Shown here piece by piece: positions 10,940 to 22,148 of a stretch of 34,017 nt of DNA (within the stretch, counting starts at the first letter, position 1; every line of letters begins with the position of its first letter). Origin of the DNA: Folioceros fuciformis (taxonomy: Eukaryota); the NCBI GenBank assembly GCA_049999805.1, contig JBNGIO010006380.1, forward strand, positions 174,769-208,785, written 5' to 3'. Both the position numbers and the translations under genes were made by a program. The notes beneath the pieces were generated by a model, which was given only the letters and a program-made list of their open reading frames with translations, did not search any database and was not told the origin of the DNA.

Positions 10940-11081
10940 GCCAACAACCTGATCTTCATTAACATGTGATACAATTTGATGGATGATTGATGTTGTGTTC
11001 AAGAGTTATATGTATGTTTGAATTCTTAGTATGTTGTAGCAGTGCTATAGCATATATGTGTTGGTCAAGTGCTAACCAGCT

Positions 11082-11520
11082 GGGGGGATAGAGCTGCAGC
11101 ACCATCATGCTGTGTTTAATGGGTGTGTAATGTGGTGTGGCGTGAGTATTGTTAACTAATGAACCATGCATGAGTGTGATGTTTAGGGGCAGAGCACAAC
11201 CGCTGTGGAGCATGATTGTATACTGTCGCTTAAATGCATGCAAATAGTAATTAGTTAATAATTAAGTGATGGTTATGAATGACATTAGTGATAATTAATA
11301 ACTATTTAGTGAAGATGATTAGAGCTGTAGCATCATGACGCAGTGTTTAATGTGGTGTGGTATAAGTATTGTGAACTAAAGAACCATGCATGAGTGTGAG
11401 GTGTGGTATAAGTATTGTGAACTAAAGAACCATNNNNNNNNNNTGCATGAGTGTGAGGTGTGGTATAAGTATTGTGAACTAAAGAACCATACATGAGTGT
11501 GATGTTTAGCGGCACTGCAC
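11082..11520 (+). repeat. Candidate polypurine tract and start of a 3' LTR, with a diverged ~230-bp-period repeat and a 46-bp tandem unit spanning the N gap
   Basis: GGGGGGATAGAG (11082-11093) is followed by TGCAGC at 11095. 11089-11200 resembles 11320-11520. The unit gtgtggtataagtattgtgaactaaagaaccatgcatgagtgtgag starts at 11355, 11401 and 11458. 10 N at 11434-11443. Confidence 0.65.
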
Positions 11521-11984
11521 GATAGGGAAAAATCAAATCATTAGGGAGAGAGCAATTTCTATGATTTTTTTGCAAAGAAAATAATTCAAATTTGAACAAC
11601 TAGAAGCCACTATTAAGATTACAAAGGCGAGAAACAAGCACATAGGATGCGAAGCCAATCTCAAGTAGCATTCTAGATCTAGGGGCTAGAAGGCATAGCT
11701 TTCATCTTAGTTTATGTATCAACCTAGACAAAGACAGGCGTCAACTTTTCAAGTTGAGTAAGAAAGATGATCGCCATTAGAAGGTTAAATCAACCAACGC
11801 ACCAAGAGCTACAAACTTCCCTACCTTCCTTAAGGACACTTATGATTCCATAGCCCGCCATTCATGTGATTGTGATAAGCCTTTGCACAATCATCAATAG
11901 GTCTCGAAAAGTCCTTGACCATGGTCTCATAGGTCTTAAGAAGGATAAAACCATCTTTTATGTCTTTTATAGGAGGGTACTTAT

Positions 11985-12050
11985 GAACCTTTCTATTGCA
12001 TAGTGAACCTTCCTATTGTGCATCAAACCTCCCCATTGCACATCAAACCC
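11985..12050 (+). repeat. Degenerate 20-bp tandem repeat, about 3.3 copies
   Basis: gaacctttctattgcatagt / gaaccttcctattgtgcatc / aaacctccccattgcacatc / aaaccc. Confidence 0.7.
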
Positions 12051-13222
12051 TCGTGTATGTATTACAGGTCCTCAATTATTTAGCCTTGAGAGTTGATGAT
12101 GACAAGCTTGTAAAAATATAGTGCAAATCAAACTATATAAATTTTCTTTAATATTATATTAATATTTTTAGATGGTTAATAAATTATTGAATCATTGAAT
12201 ATATTCCACCATATCATTAGACATAGTCTAAATATGTGATGCATGACTACATGCATAGAGTAAGTTAGTTAATGTTCTAATAGGTCTACTCTTACATTTT
12301 TCCTTTCTCTCTAGAATTGTTTATTTGGTGAATGTTGAGGGATCCATGACCTAAGATGGAAAAGATTGAAAAAGGAACTCAAAGGTCTACTTCTCATAAG
12401 CGTTTCCTTTGAAATAAGCTTTTGTATTAAATTTGCTCCACCATCCCAACTCTTATTCCTCTGAAACTTTATGATAACAACAGTGTTGGAAACCTTACAA
12501 ATTCTTGGTAATACAAACTACCTAATTATTTGGATTCCCTAGAACCAATGTACTAACCAATTAGTTGTTTACAACCATGATAATTTGTGGAAAGTATGAT
12601 GGAGTGCTTTTAAATGAATTCTTTGTGTATACTACCAAATACTTATTTTGCTTATCTCATGTTTTGTTATGCTCATCTCATATTTTGTTTAATGTCTTGG
12701 TAGTGTATTGGGGAATTGACCTTCATTGAAGTTTATGGGCATTTCTTGTCATTGGCTTGAAATTAATACTCGAATTTAATGTTTTCCACAAACAATAGAA
12801 CAATAATTCATCAATGCATGGAAAACTTGACATCACCTTTGCAAGTAGTACTGATAAATCTATGCACATAGGAAATGGTTTTGCTAATCTATGCCATGAG
12901 TGATTGAGTATGGTTAAGTCATCTTTAGCATGAGTGTGTCAAAAAGCTAGCGCTCTAATGCTACATATTGGATTTAGCTAGTCCGAGCTCTTGCCTAGGC
13001 GAGTACACATGAATTACAAAGTTCAAATTTCAAATGATGACTTCCAAGTTTCATGTTTCATCTTTTCACATGCAATTGTAGACATAACTACTGTAATCAT
13101 TGTTTTCAACCTCAATATCATCTTGTCAACCTTTGTCTTGAATATTATGCATTACATACAAGTTCTTTTGAATAATGTTTTGGGTGAGCACCAACAAAGT
13201 TATGCGTGCACCTAGAAAGCAT

Positions 13223-13285
13223 GTTTGAACTTACTCGTCAAAAAGAGCCAAATTAAAAGCTTTTTTTTGACAAGTAAGCTCAAAC
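13223..13285. repeat. Imperfect inverted repeat, ~26-bp arms with a 10-nt loop
   Basis: gtttgaacttactcgtcaaaaagagc (13223-13248) versus the reverse complement of 13259-13285, gtttgagcttacttgtcaaaaaaaagc. Confidence 0.7.
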
Positions 13286-15357
13286 TCATATGCCAAAATG
13301 TGTATATCTACCACATACAATTTGTCCTACAGGTTTTCGTAGTTGGGGGCTGCATTGTGAATAATGACCTCCCCTAGACGAAGCTCAGGGTATCCTTGTC
13401 TCGTAGAACTATTTTCTCAACATACTTTCTTTTGAATGCGTTTAAGGACTTTGTCACCACCAATGCACAATGATAAGCGTTGGTCACATGAGAAGCTCAT
13501 TAGGATAACTTTAGCAAGCTAGAAAGGTCTGTTATCAATGTCCGGGGGGCCTGTTACCAATGTGTTGTTGATGGCAATGGAGAACCCCGTTGCATGCACG
13601 GATGAGAAAATGGCGGCAAGCCCTAGAAACCAACCGTGCGCCACCGTTGAGGAAAATGTGCGAGGGGGGCATTATCAAACGTAGTCGAATTCATAAGACC
13701 TAATCCCGAACGCGAGGAAAGTTCATGCATGCGCTGTCGGTCCTAAAGCGCATGGGCGGGGGCGCAGCACATTGTAAACATAAGGATCGACAGAAATTCA
13801 GTGCTGACTGAACGGCGTACAATGCGTAAAGAAACGTAGGTTTAAGCATAACGGACAAAAAAAGCATGTTATGACGTGAAGAAGAAGACTTTTCTTCCAC
13901 TTGTCCGTCCTCGGGAGCACTAGGTCCGCCGCAATAGCTGTGGACGAGCAGCAGCTGCTGGTGCTGGGTGTGGGTCATGCACAACGGGGTGGTCACTGGT
14001 CAGGGTAACCACAGAAGGGGGGACCGGGCCGTACAATGCGGGTTAGAACACGGTGCGTGAAAGTGTGCCGGTTGGGTCCAGGTTGGAACATGGTTGCACA
14101 ACAGCAGGGTCCACAGTCACACACATGCGCGAGTCGTGATGAGACGCGATTCGAGACGCTGGCTGGGCAGTGCGGGCCATGGCGTCGTCCCGTGTGCTTG
14201 TGCTTATTGAAGCGTTACAGAGTGAGTGTACTATCCGAGTTATTACCTCAGTAGAGCTAGAGGTAGAGCGAGGTGGGCAGAATTGAATCTGGGCGTGGTA
14301 GGTACGACTGGATTGTTACTCTGGTGCGTGGGAGAATTTGGAGGAGGAGGGAGCGAGGGAAGGAAGGATTGCCTCATGGTGTGTGGCGAGGCGAGCAGTA
14401 CAGCTTGATCGGAACACTTGGGAGTGACGAAAGTGTTAATTTCCTTAAAAGGAGGAAGGGTCCCGTCCCCGGGAAGGCGGGGGGACAGATGGTGTAACGA
14501 GAAGTGCGGGCCCGGAGGTCCGCCGCTAACTGGTGATGCCAAGGATCTGTTATCCTCGAACGCACACACACGAACCAAGAGTGGAGCAGAAGAGAATCAC
14601 TCGGAAATGGGAGAGCGGTGCAGCAATAATGGTGAGCAGGGCAGGAGAGGAGGGCTGGGCAGGGCAGTCTGAGAGAAACGGAGAGCGCGTCGAATCACCT
14701 CACCTAGTTTCACCACATGTGTATATGTATGAGTGTTGGAAAGTTTTTGACCACATCGGAAGAGGGCAGATTCCAACTAAGCGCGGGTGGCAAAGGCAGG
14801 GCAGTGCAGGGGACTGACTGAACCCGAAGAGGCACATTCCCCAATCACAGCCCAGTACAACAATTGCGTCCCATTCAAACCGTCCGATTGCCGAAGCTTA
14901 TTTTTTTCCGGTTCTATTTGGGAATTGTCCATCTTGACTCGACTGTCTGTCCATCCGAGACATGACAGGACAAGAGTATTAATAACCTCGCCTAGCCTCA
15001 CCCGGGCTGTCCCGATGCATTCGTCAGGCATCGCATTCAACCTAGGGTTACATCTCATCAAACAGTTATCGCAATCGGGTTTGTGTGCAAGGTGCAAGGA
15101 AGTACATCTTGCAAGCAAGCATGCTTGCCTTGCATCTGAGGCACCTTCTTCACTTGCTTGCCAGCCATGTTGCACCAGCAGCAGGAGCAGGCCGCAGCAA
15201 ACTTCCTTCTTGAGCATCTTATTCTTGCCCGCCTCATTCTTGACTGATTGATTCTTGACCCTGCTCCTGCACAATCCGGGGGCGAGCCGAGCCTCACATG
15301 GTTGTGCTCGCCTGCTGCTGCACTGCCACGATTGCTTCTGCAGCCCGGTACGATTTC

Positions 15358-15390
15358 GGGTCCGGGTCCGGGTACGGGTCCGGGTCCGGG
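15358..15390 (+). repeat. (GGGTCC)n hexamer microsatellite upstream of the ARID gene start
   Basis: gggtccgggtccgggtacgggtccgggtccggg. Confidence 0.8.
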
Positions 15391-15471
15391 ATTCTGGAGC
15401 TTAACGCACATCGTCAACGTGTTTTGTTGGCCGGGCTGTGATGGGCTGTTGACTCCGTGGGCCGGGCAGCG

Positions 15472-18400
15472 ATGGGGTCCGCGGCTCTCTGCGAGCCCGC
15501 TTTTGTCAAGGAGGAGGCGCACAAGGAGTGCCCCCAGGGCGAGGCGGATGCCGGAGATGTGTCAGTATTGCACTTTTATGACGACGAGACTCAGCTTCGA
15601 ATTCTTGTCTGCGGGGTGGCCAGCCTGCTGGTGGGTAGCCTAGTGTGTTTCGCGACGCACTAAAACTATAGCTCTAGCTGGCCATGGCGTGTTGCTGCAT
15701 AGGGGGCGATTATTGACCTCGCCTGTAGGAGAGAGATGGATGGTGTGCCTTGTGCTCTCAGCTTCTTGTTTGCACTTCCATCTTGCCATACAGGTTGCCG
15801 GGTGCTGCTGGCATCTTTTCCAGCTTGTGCTGTCTGTCTCTAGTTTTAGTTTCTCTATCATCTCTCGTGTCAATCAGCACACTTGTGGTATGTGCCATGT
15901 CCTCTTCTGCTGACATTATTCCTCCACGGCAGGATGCCCAGAGGCTGAAGGATATTGAAGCTGGCTTGAGTTCTTTGATGACAATTGAGGTAGCCCGTTT
16001 TTCTTCCTCATCTGCTGTTCTTTTGGTTTGTCGTCCTTAGTCTTTGCACAAGTCGACTGGCACTGATTTCATTGCTAAACCAGAGTGCTACATCCATGGT
16101 TTCTTGCTTATAACCTGCTTCTGCATTTTATTTGTCTCATCTTCAGGTTAAAGCCATTCGACTTCTGAATCGTCTCAGGTGAGCAATTGCTGTCACGAGT
16201 ATTGGCGACTATCGCAGTTAGTTTTCCTTTCAGATCGTCACGTTTGAATGTGGTCTCCCTCTCGCAGTGCTCCTCCTCCCCCAAAGGCAGCTGCAGTTAT
16301 TGTTCGGGGCGTGGTTACAATGAGATGTGATGTGTGCACTACGAATGGTGCGAGGATACCTCTGCTCGTTTCTGGTGGAGGGCACACCTGTTTTGACGAC
16401 CAGGTGCGTAAAAGTCCTTCTCCTTGTAAGTTCTCTGGATATGATTTGAACGCAACAATGTGAAATACTGCCCAGTGGATTCTGACATTGGCTCTTTTTG
16501 CAGCTCCTGGAAGCAGCCATACGCAAGGAACTGGCTGCAAAGACTAAGGTAGTTCAGCTCGTGAAGTGCAAGGATGAAGGAAAAGCTGCTCCTATCACCT
16601 CTGGATTGCGAAGGTCGTTGTCTGTAGCGGCTGGTGCGCCTGTTGTGGAGCTTAGAATTATAACAACTGGATGGGCTGCACAGGTGAAACTGCCCGCCCT
16701 TTTATTTTTATTTTAATATTCATTTTTGGTATATCTATTCATTTACAAAACTGGCAGATTGATTACTCGAAGTGGCCATTGCAGATCCTGAGACAGCTTT
16801 CATCTGAGGTCTATTACAGAAAATTTGCTGAATTGGGGGTGGCTGGAATAGAGGGAGCACCGGTCGCTGCTTTTCAGAGAGCAGATGTCACACGGCTTGA
16901 AAAGCTTCTTAGGAAGCCTTACAGCTCTGAGGGATCAAGCCAACTTGAATCCAAGTATGTAGCAAGTATACCCTCGTGGCTTTCGCCACCAGAGCCAAGT
17001 ACAAAAAGGCGCAAATTGCTCCACCATCCCTGTCCATCAAATGGTGGGGTGAATGATGAAGATGCTTTGCTGCATGGAAATAAGGAAGATAGCAGCGGGA
17101 ACTGTGGATTCCGTGCGGGGAAAAATGGAGTTGTGGAAGGTTCCCGTCAGGGGATCCAAAAACCACAATTACTTGCAGCCATGAAGCCTGTGCCTCATTC
17201 AACGCGCCGAAAACTCATGCCATTTGCTGCAGCTGTGCTTGCTGGCGCTCAAACAGGGTGGTCTATGAAGCTGCCATTGGCAAATGGAGGTACCAGTAGG
17301 GCAAGGCCTAGCACTGGGGCTGGGCTGACGGCTATCAATATGAATGGGAGTACTCCTGCATCAGAAGGCCATCAACCAACGGGTGGACTGCCTGGTCCTT
17401 TCTTTCCAGCCTCTCTGGTGCCGCCACATAACTGTTCGCGGAAGCCCATGAATCAGTGCTCCGAGGTAAGAACCTGTGTGGGTCTGCATATGCTTCTCAT
17501 TGTACTTAAGCCTTTGGTTTAATATGCTAATTCCTTTGGGTTTTTTTATGGACCAGGAAGAATTCTTGCAGGACGTCATTCAGTTTCTTACCTCAAGAGG
17601 ACATTCGAAGCACGTGCCTCCTGGTGGTCCGGATAATTTCCCTGAGGCTGTCCTTAATGGAGCCAAGCTTGACTTATATAATCTGTATAAGGAAGTGAGT
17701 GCCAGCTTAATGATCCATCAGAACTCTTTACCTTCCTTGGCTGTCCCTTTGAGGTAGTAGGGTGGTTTCTCAACCACTCTTGACCGTATTGATGTTGTGC
17801 AGGTAGTGTCAAGGGGCGGTTTCCATGTTGGCAATGGTATCAACTGGAAGGGCCAGATTTTCTCGAAGATGCGTAACCATACCACCATCAACAAAATGAC
17901 AGTAAGAACATGCCTCCCCAGTACGGGTTTTGTAAGTTTGCCATTTATGCCATCTTGTGCTGACCATCTGGCACTCTGTTACCTGACATAGGGTGTGGGA
18001 AATACCTTAAAGAAACACTACGAGACTTACCTACTCGAGTATGAGTTTGCACACAGTGACGTGGATGGAGAGTGCTGTATCTTATGTCACAGGTAGTCCT
18101 GAACTTCAAGATTTGCATGTCAGAGGTGCTTATGTCAGATGTGCAGTCCTTGAGGGACTGTGTTCTGAAGTGTTTAGTGTGCCAAATCCCTTGCAGTGGT
18201 GCAGCAGGAGACTGGGTGAACTGTGGAGTCTGCGGGGAGTGGGCCCACTTAGGTTGTGACAAGCGAATTGGCCTTGCGGCATTCAAAGTAAGTTCTGCTG
18301 TGCATGGTGACTTCCCCTCATGGATGATCATATAGCTGGTCGGGGTACAGTAGACATCCAATGGCGTTTAGCTGCATATTGTTGTCTTCCGTCTTTGTGC

Positions 18401-18533
18401 TGCTTTGTTAATGGGGTTTTGGGACATGCAGGATTACGCGAAGACTGATGGGCTGGACTACATATGCCCGAATTGTACTGGCAATGGTAAAGTCATGCCA
18501 AGGCGGGCAAAAATGACGAGCCCTCGTAAGTGA
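15472..18533 (+). CDS. ARID4: ARID4-like (ARID + PHD) protein. Exons 15472-15630, 15933-15989, 16147-16178, 16268-16403, 16504-16683, 16785-17465, 17557-17694, 17803-17901, 17992-18092, 18197-18287, 18432-18533
   Basis: RGVVTMRCDV, SGGGHTCFDDQLLE; ARID domain LNGAKLDLYNLYKEVVSRGGFHVGNGINWKGQIFSKMRNHT..GVGNTLKKHYETYLLEYE; PHD domain ECCILCH..WVNCGVCGEWAHLGCD..YICPNC. All introns are GT-AG with consistent phase. Start codon and last exon are less certain. Confidence 0.92.
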
Positions 18534-19626
18534 TCTTTTTGGTTCCTGAGTCACGAACGTAGAGCTTCCAACATTTGTAAGTTCCTGTAGATTGTGAGGC
18601 AAGGGTGGAAGTTCCGGTGTTTTTTTTTTAATTTTTTTTTTTTTTGGGGGTTAGGCCGACTTGCCTTAATGTTTCCATCTTGTTAACTTCCTTACAGTGC
18701 TGGCCGAAAATCCAGACATTAAAGAGCAAGTCAAGGCAGCATAGTCAGATAGAAAAGCCTGTATAACTTGGTGGGCCGGGGTTTGCTGTCGCATCTCTGG
18801 TGAGTTGGACCATAGGAGGTGTTCTTTCGCCTTGAGATCTCTCCCAAGGCGAGTAGCGTTTCTGAGGACTGATTTCATTGCTCCAACTCCTACGGCATTA
18901 TTCCACTCTCAAATACCCTTAACAATTCTATCCTTGTTGTTCTGGGTGTTCAGGGGACACCGACAACCACTTCAACCAACCTGGAAGTGACAGTTGGTGA
19001 GACTCGGGGTTCGGTTCTGACGGCATGTACTATGCTGTGGAGTAGATTGACTGAATTTACCGTTAGTGGTGAATCCGGAATTCATATCCAGGCACTTGTC
19101 TCGAAGTTCTTGCTGCCGGAATTTTTGCTACCTATCAGACACTGCAGGTGTACGAGAAGCTGATGGTGTTCGATGGGGTGATGGCGGCAATCACCACTCG
19201 CACGGTGTTGACGCTGGTAACAGTAGATATGTGGAGTGTACTGAATTTTGTCAATACGGTTGGGGGGGGATTCTTGTTAGTAGTATCGCTCAGTGTGGCA
19301 AACGGTTCGATGCTCAGCATGGCTCCCGGTTATGGGAGTATTCGTGCAGGCGACAGCATCATGGTGGACAAACTGTAGGAGTTATTCTGGTTGTAACCAA
19401 TTGTAGGACCATTGTACCATACTTATATCAGATAGGTGGAACTGTGAACGGCCCGACCATGTGTCGCATTCAGCAGATGTATTGATTGGTGACAGCCGTC
19501 AGCTGTCAGTCTGCATTTGAATGCTTGTCAGCCACGAGAGGAAGATCGGCACCTATTTACTGTGACGAACCTCCTGTTCGTATCAAAGGTCAGTGCGCCG
19601 TGTCCGTTGTGCAGTGAAACTTGGAA

Positions 19627-21911
19627 TCATATTGCGCCCCTCGCTACACCCTCCTTCATGTACTCCGTGGCAGCAACGAGTTCAGCAGAAATTCCAGTCT
19701 CGTTCGCCGAGTGACCCGCATTTGGGACCACCTGCACTGGAACAACTCACTAAGATCGACTGTTCATGAAGTCAACTACAACCAAATTCTGCACATACCT
19801 TGAATTGAGCTTCTGGCCAGGCCTTGTGAAGATCCCAAGCACTCATGATGGGGCAAACGATATCATATCGGCCCTGCTCAAACCAGAAAATGTAGCCTGA
19901 GTCCCCTATCCAGACACAACGGATCCCTTGCGATCGGCAGCCTTGCAAGATATATCACCTGAACGATTATGCATGGCACGTGTCGAATCTTGTCTATGTT
20001 GTCGAGCAGGAAGGAATCAGACGGGAAGAAGCCTTTGTTTACGAAATAATGGTTCTCTACTCGGGCAAAAGCCTGCACAACGCGATGTTCGGAAGTCAAG
20101 CTGTGAAGAAGGCCAGAGGCCAGTGGCACCACCAAGAAAAGTCTGCCAACACACAAGAGGCAGAACCTTCATTACCAAAGCAAAACGTTCGCTTTCTCCG
20201 CGCTTCAGTGAGTCCTCAGTGGGCACAAGGTAGGATGTTGCCAGCTCCCAGTTCGTCCAGGCTCTGGCTGCAGCTAGCTGTATGAGGCTATGTCAAAACA
20301 CCAGTATCTTGAATTTGACATCTTCATTGGACATGCGAGAAACGATGTGCTGACCTGCACTTTAGTATCGCTCCCACTCAGCCGTTTGCCATAGGCTTCC
20401 ACGAAATCACTCCTTTCCTCCTCAGGGATGAAGTTTTTGTAAGACTCCCACGCTACATGCCCCCTTCCCACAGCATTACCCTTATTAATCACCACAAAGC
20501 GTCTGGAACTCTAAAAAAAAGCAAGAGTTGGTCGAGATCATGTCCTACCATCAGGAAAGATTGCTGCAGCACCACCCCGGTAGAACCAGTCAATCTCCTT
20601 CTTCCGCACTAGGAAAATACCCCGAAGTATCAATGCTAGGACCTGGCATACACAACAACATTGTTAATCAGAAGACTATTTTAATTGGAAGATCAGACGA
20701 TCCGTAAATGTGCGGCCAGGACTTACTCGATCTGGATATTGCTGAGCATAAAAGAGACCGAGAGTACTGCCCCATGATCCCCCAAAGACCTGCAGGAAAT
20801 AATTGGCGTCAGGAGTCTGAACACACAACAGCTTCCAAAACGATCACAAAATAGATCGAACAATCACTGGAAATTGTTTTCAGACCATCCACTTTGAGAT
20901 TCCTAAATGTTCCCGCAGTTTCTCGATGTCTTCAGCCAGACGCCAAGTGTCATTTTCTTCCAAGCATGCATGTGGTGTGCTCTTGCCCGAGCCTCGCTGT
21001 GAAAATGTGCAGCAAAAACATTCAAAACCATGTGCTGGTGCAGAATATCAGAAAGCCTCACACGTCTTGGGCGTACCTGGTCATAAAGAATGATGCGGTA
21101 GAACTCTGGATCAAAAAATCTCCTGTTCCCACTGCTCGTACCGCTTCCAGGTCCACCATGGAGGAAAACCACTGGCTGCCATTGCATAGACTACTCGTGA
21201 TAAGGACAACCGTCGACACCATAGTTTGAGAGAAAGCAGAACATTGCAGGGGACTCACTAAGTTGGCTTTCGACAGCACCACAAAACGCCAACCGGGAAA
21301 TTTCTACGATTGATGCACGTACCTGGCCATCCGGATTTCCGTTTTCCTCCCAGTAAAGATTGTGAAGATCCGACACTTGTAGAAATCCAGATCTATACGG
21401 CTCAATTGCTGGATAGAGTTCCGTTCTTAAAAGAGGCAGCTCAACTTCTGAAGGAAGCACTTCGTCCGTCTTCACGTTCAGGGGGGCGGAAGGTGGGCCC
21501 ATTGTCACCCCTGCAAGAGACACTCGCCGATGACGTGAATCCAGATCTTCAGGAAAGGCAAACACAACCCACAGGCATGTGCAACTCATCAAGACACACA
21601 GACAGGAGAAGGGTCATCGGGCTGTCCGCCATTCCCCTACCTGAGGGACCGTTAGAGGGGGACGGTGAGCAGCACTTCGAACCTATCGTCGTGCCTAGGT
21701 CAAGTCTGCCAGACGTAGCGAACACGAGCCACCAAAGCCTGAGAGCAGCGGTCGACGAAGCACGATGCGAAGAAGACGATGGAAACCCACGGTGAAAACC
21801 TGCTGGAGCAAATGCCAATAGGGTGCGAGTGGAGAAGGCTCGATCACATCCAATAACCCCAGTCAAACGTGTTGAAGACGAAGAGGTCACTGAGGGAGAC
21901 AGAAATGCCAT
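19627..21911 (-). CDS. PIP: Proline iminopeptidase (peptidase S33), multi-exon, with Ser-rich N-terminal organellar transit-like peptide
   Basis: LYPAIEPY..LYWEENGNPDGQ / PVVFLHGGPG..FFDP..DQ / RGSGKSTPHACLEEN / VFGGSWGSTL (Ser) / LILRGIFL / AFARVENHYF / GRYDIVCP (Asp) / VVPNAGHS (His). Stop at 19627. First intron boundaries uncertain. Confidence 0.95.
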
Positions 21912-22148
21912 GCCAAGAGATATGGAATTTCTTACGCAAACTTGCTATTCAGGCGAGCTAGAGAAAGCTCGAATCAGCTTAATCACCACCGAGGGTCAGG
22001 TGGTCCCGAATGCCGATCTGGCCAATTTTTTTTTTCCTACGGATGGTTGTTGAAGGTCTGATTGCGGATCAAGCGTGTTTGATATACGCAGAAGCTATGC
22101 CTTGCTAGTTTGGTTTCCCAGAAGTTCTTGCTTCAAAGATTCTGGCAT

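Larger units (their letters stand above)
3786..13300. mobile_element. Island of decayed or nested transposon-derived DNA, boundaries approximate
   Basis: No intact host gene. Contains pol remnants, a broken accessory ORF, AT-rich tracts, short tandem repeats and an assembly gap. Confidence 0.75.

Noticed and set aside
11355-11503. CRISPR-like repeat array
   Set aside because: Units are head-to-tail with no unique spacers, the context is eukaryotic, there are no cas genes and the repeat abuts an assembly gap.
3786-11520. One intact LTR element with paired LTRs and target-site duplication
   Set aside because: No long direct repeat between the two ends could be found, and gag and protease are not recognisable.
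13700-15450. Many overlapping short ORFs
   Set aside because: No family motifs; consistent with GC-rich promoter or UTR sequence.
10784-18480. The retroelement PHD was captured from the neighbouring ARID4 gene
   Set aside because: The two PHD sequences share little beyond the zinc ligands, and the ARID4 PHD is split by introns.
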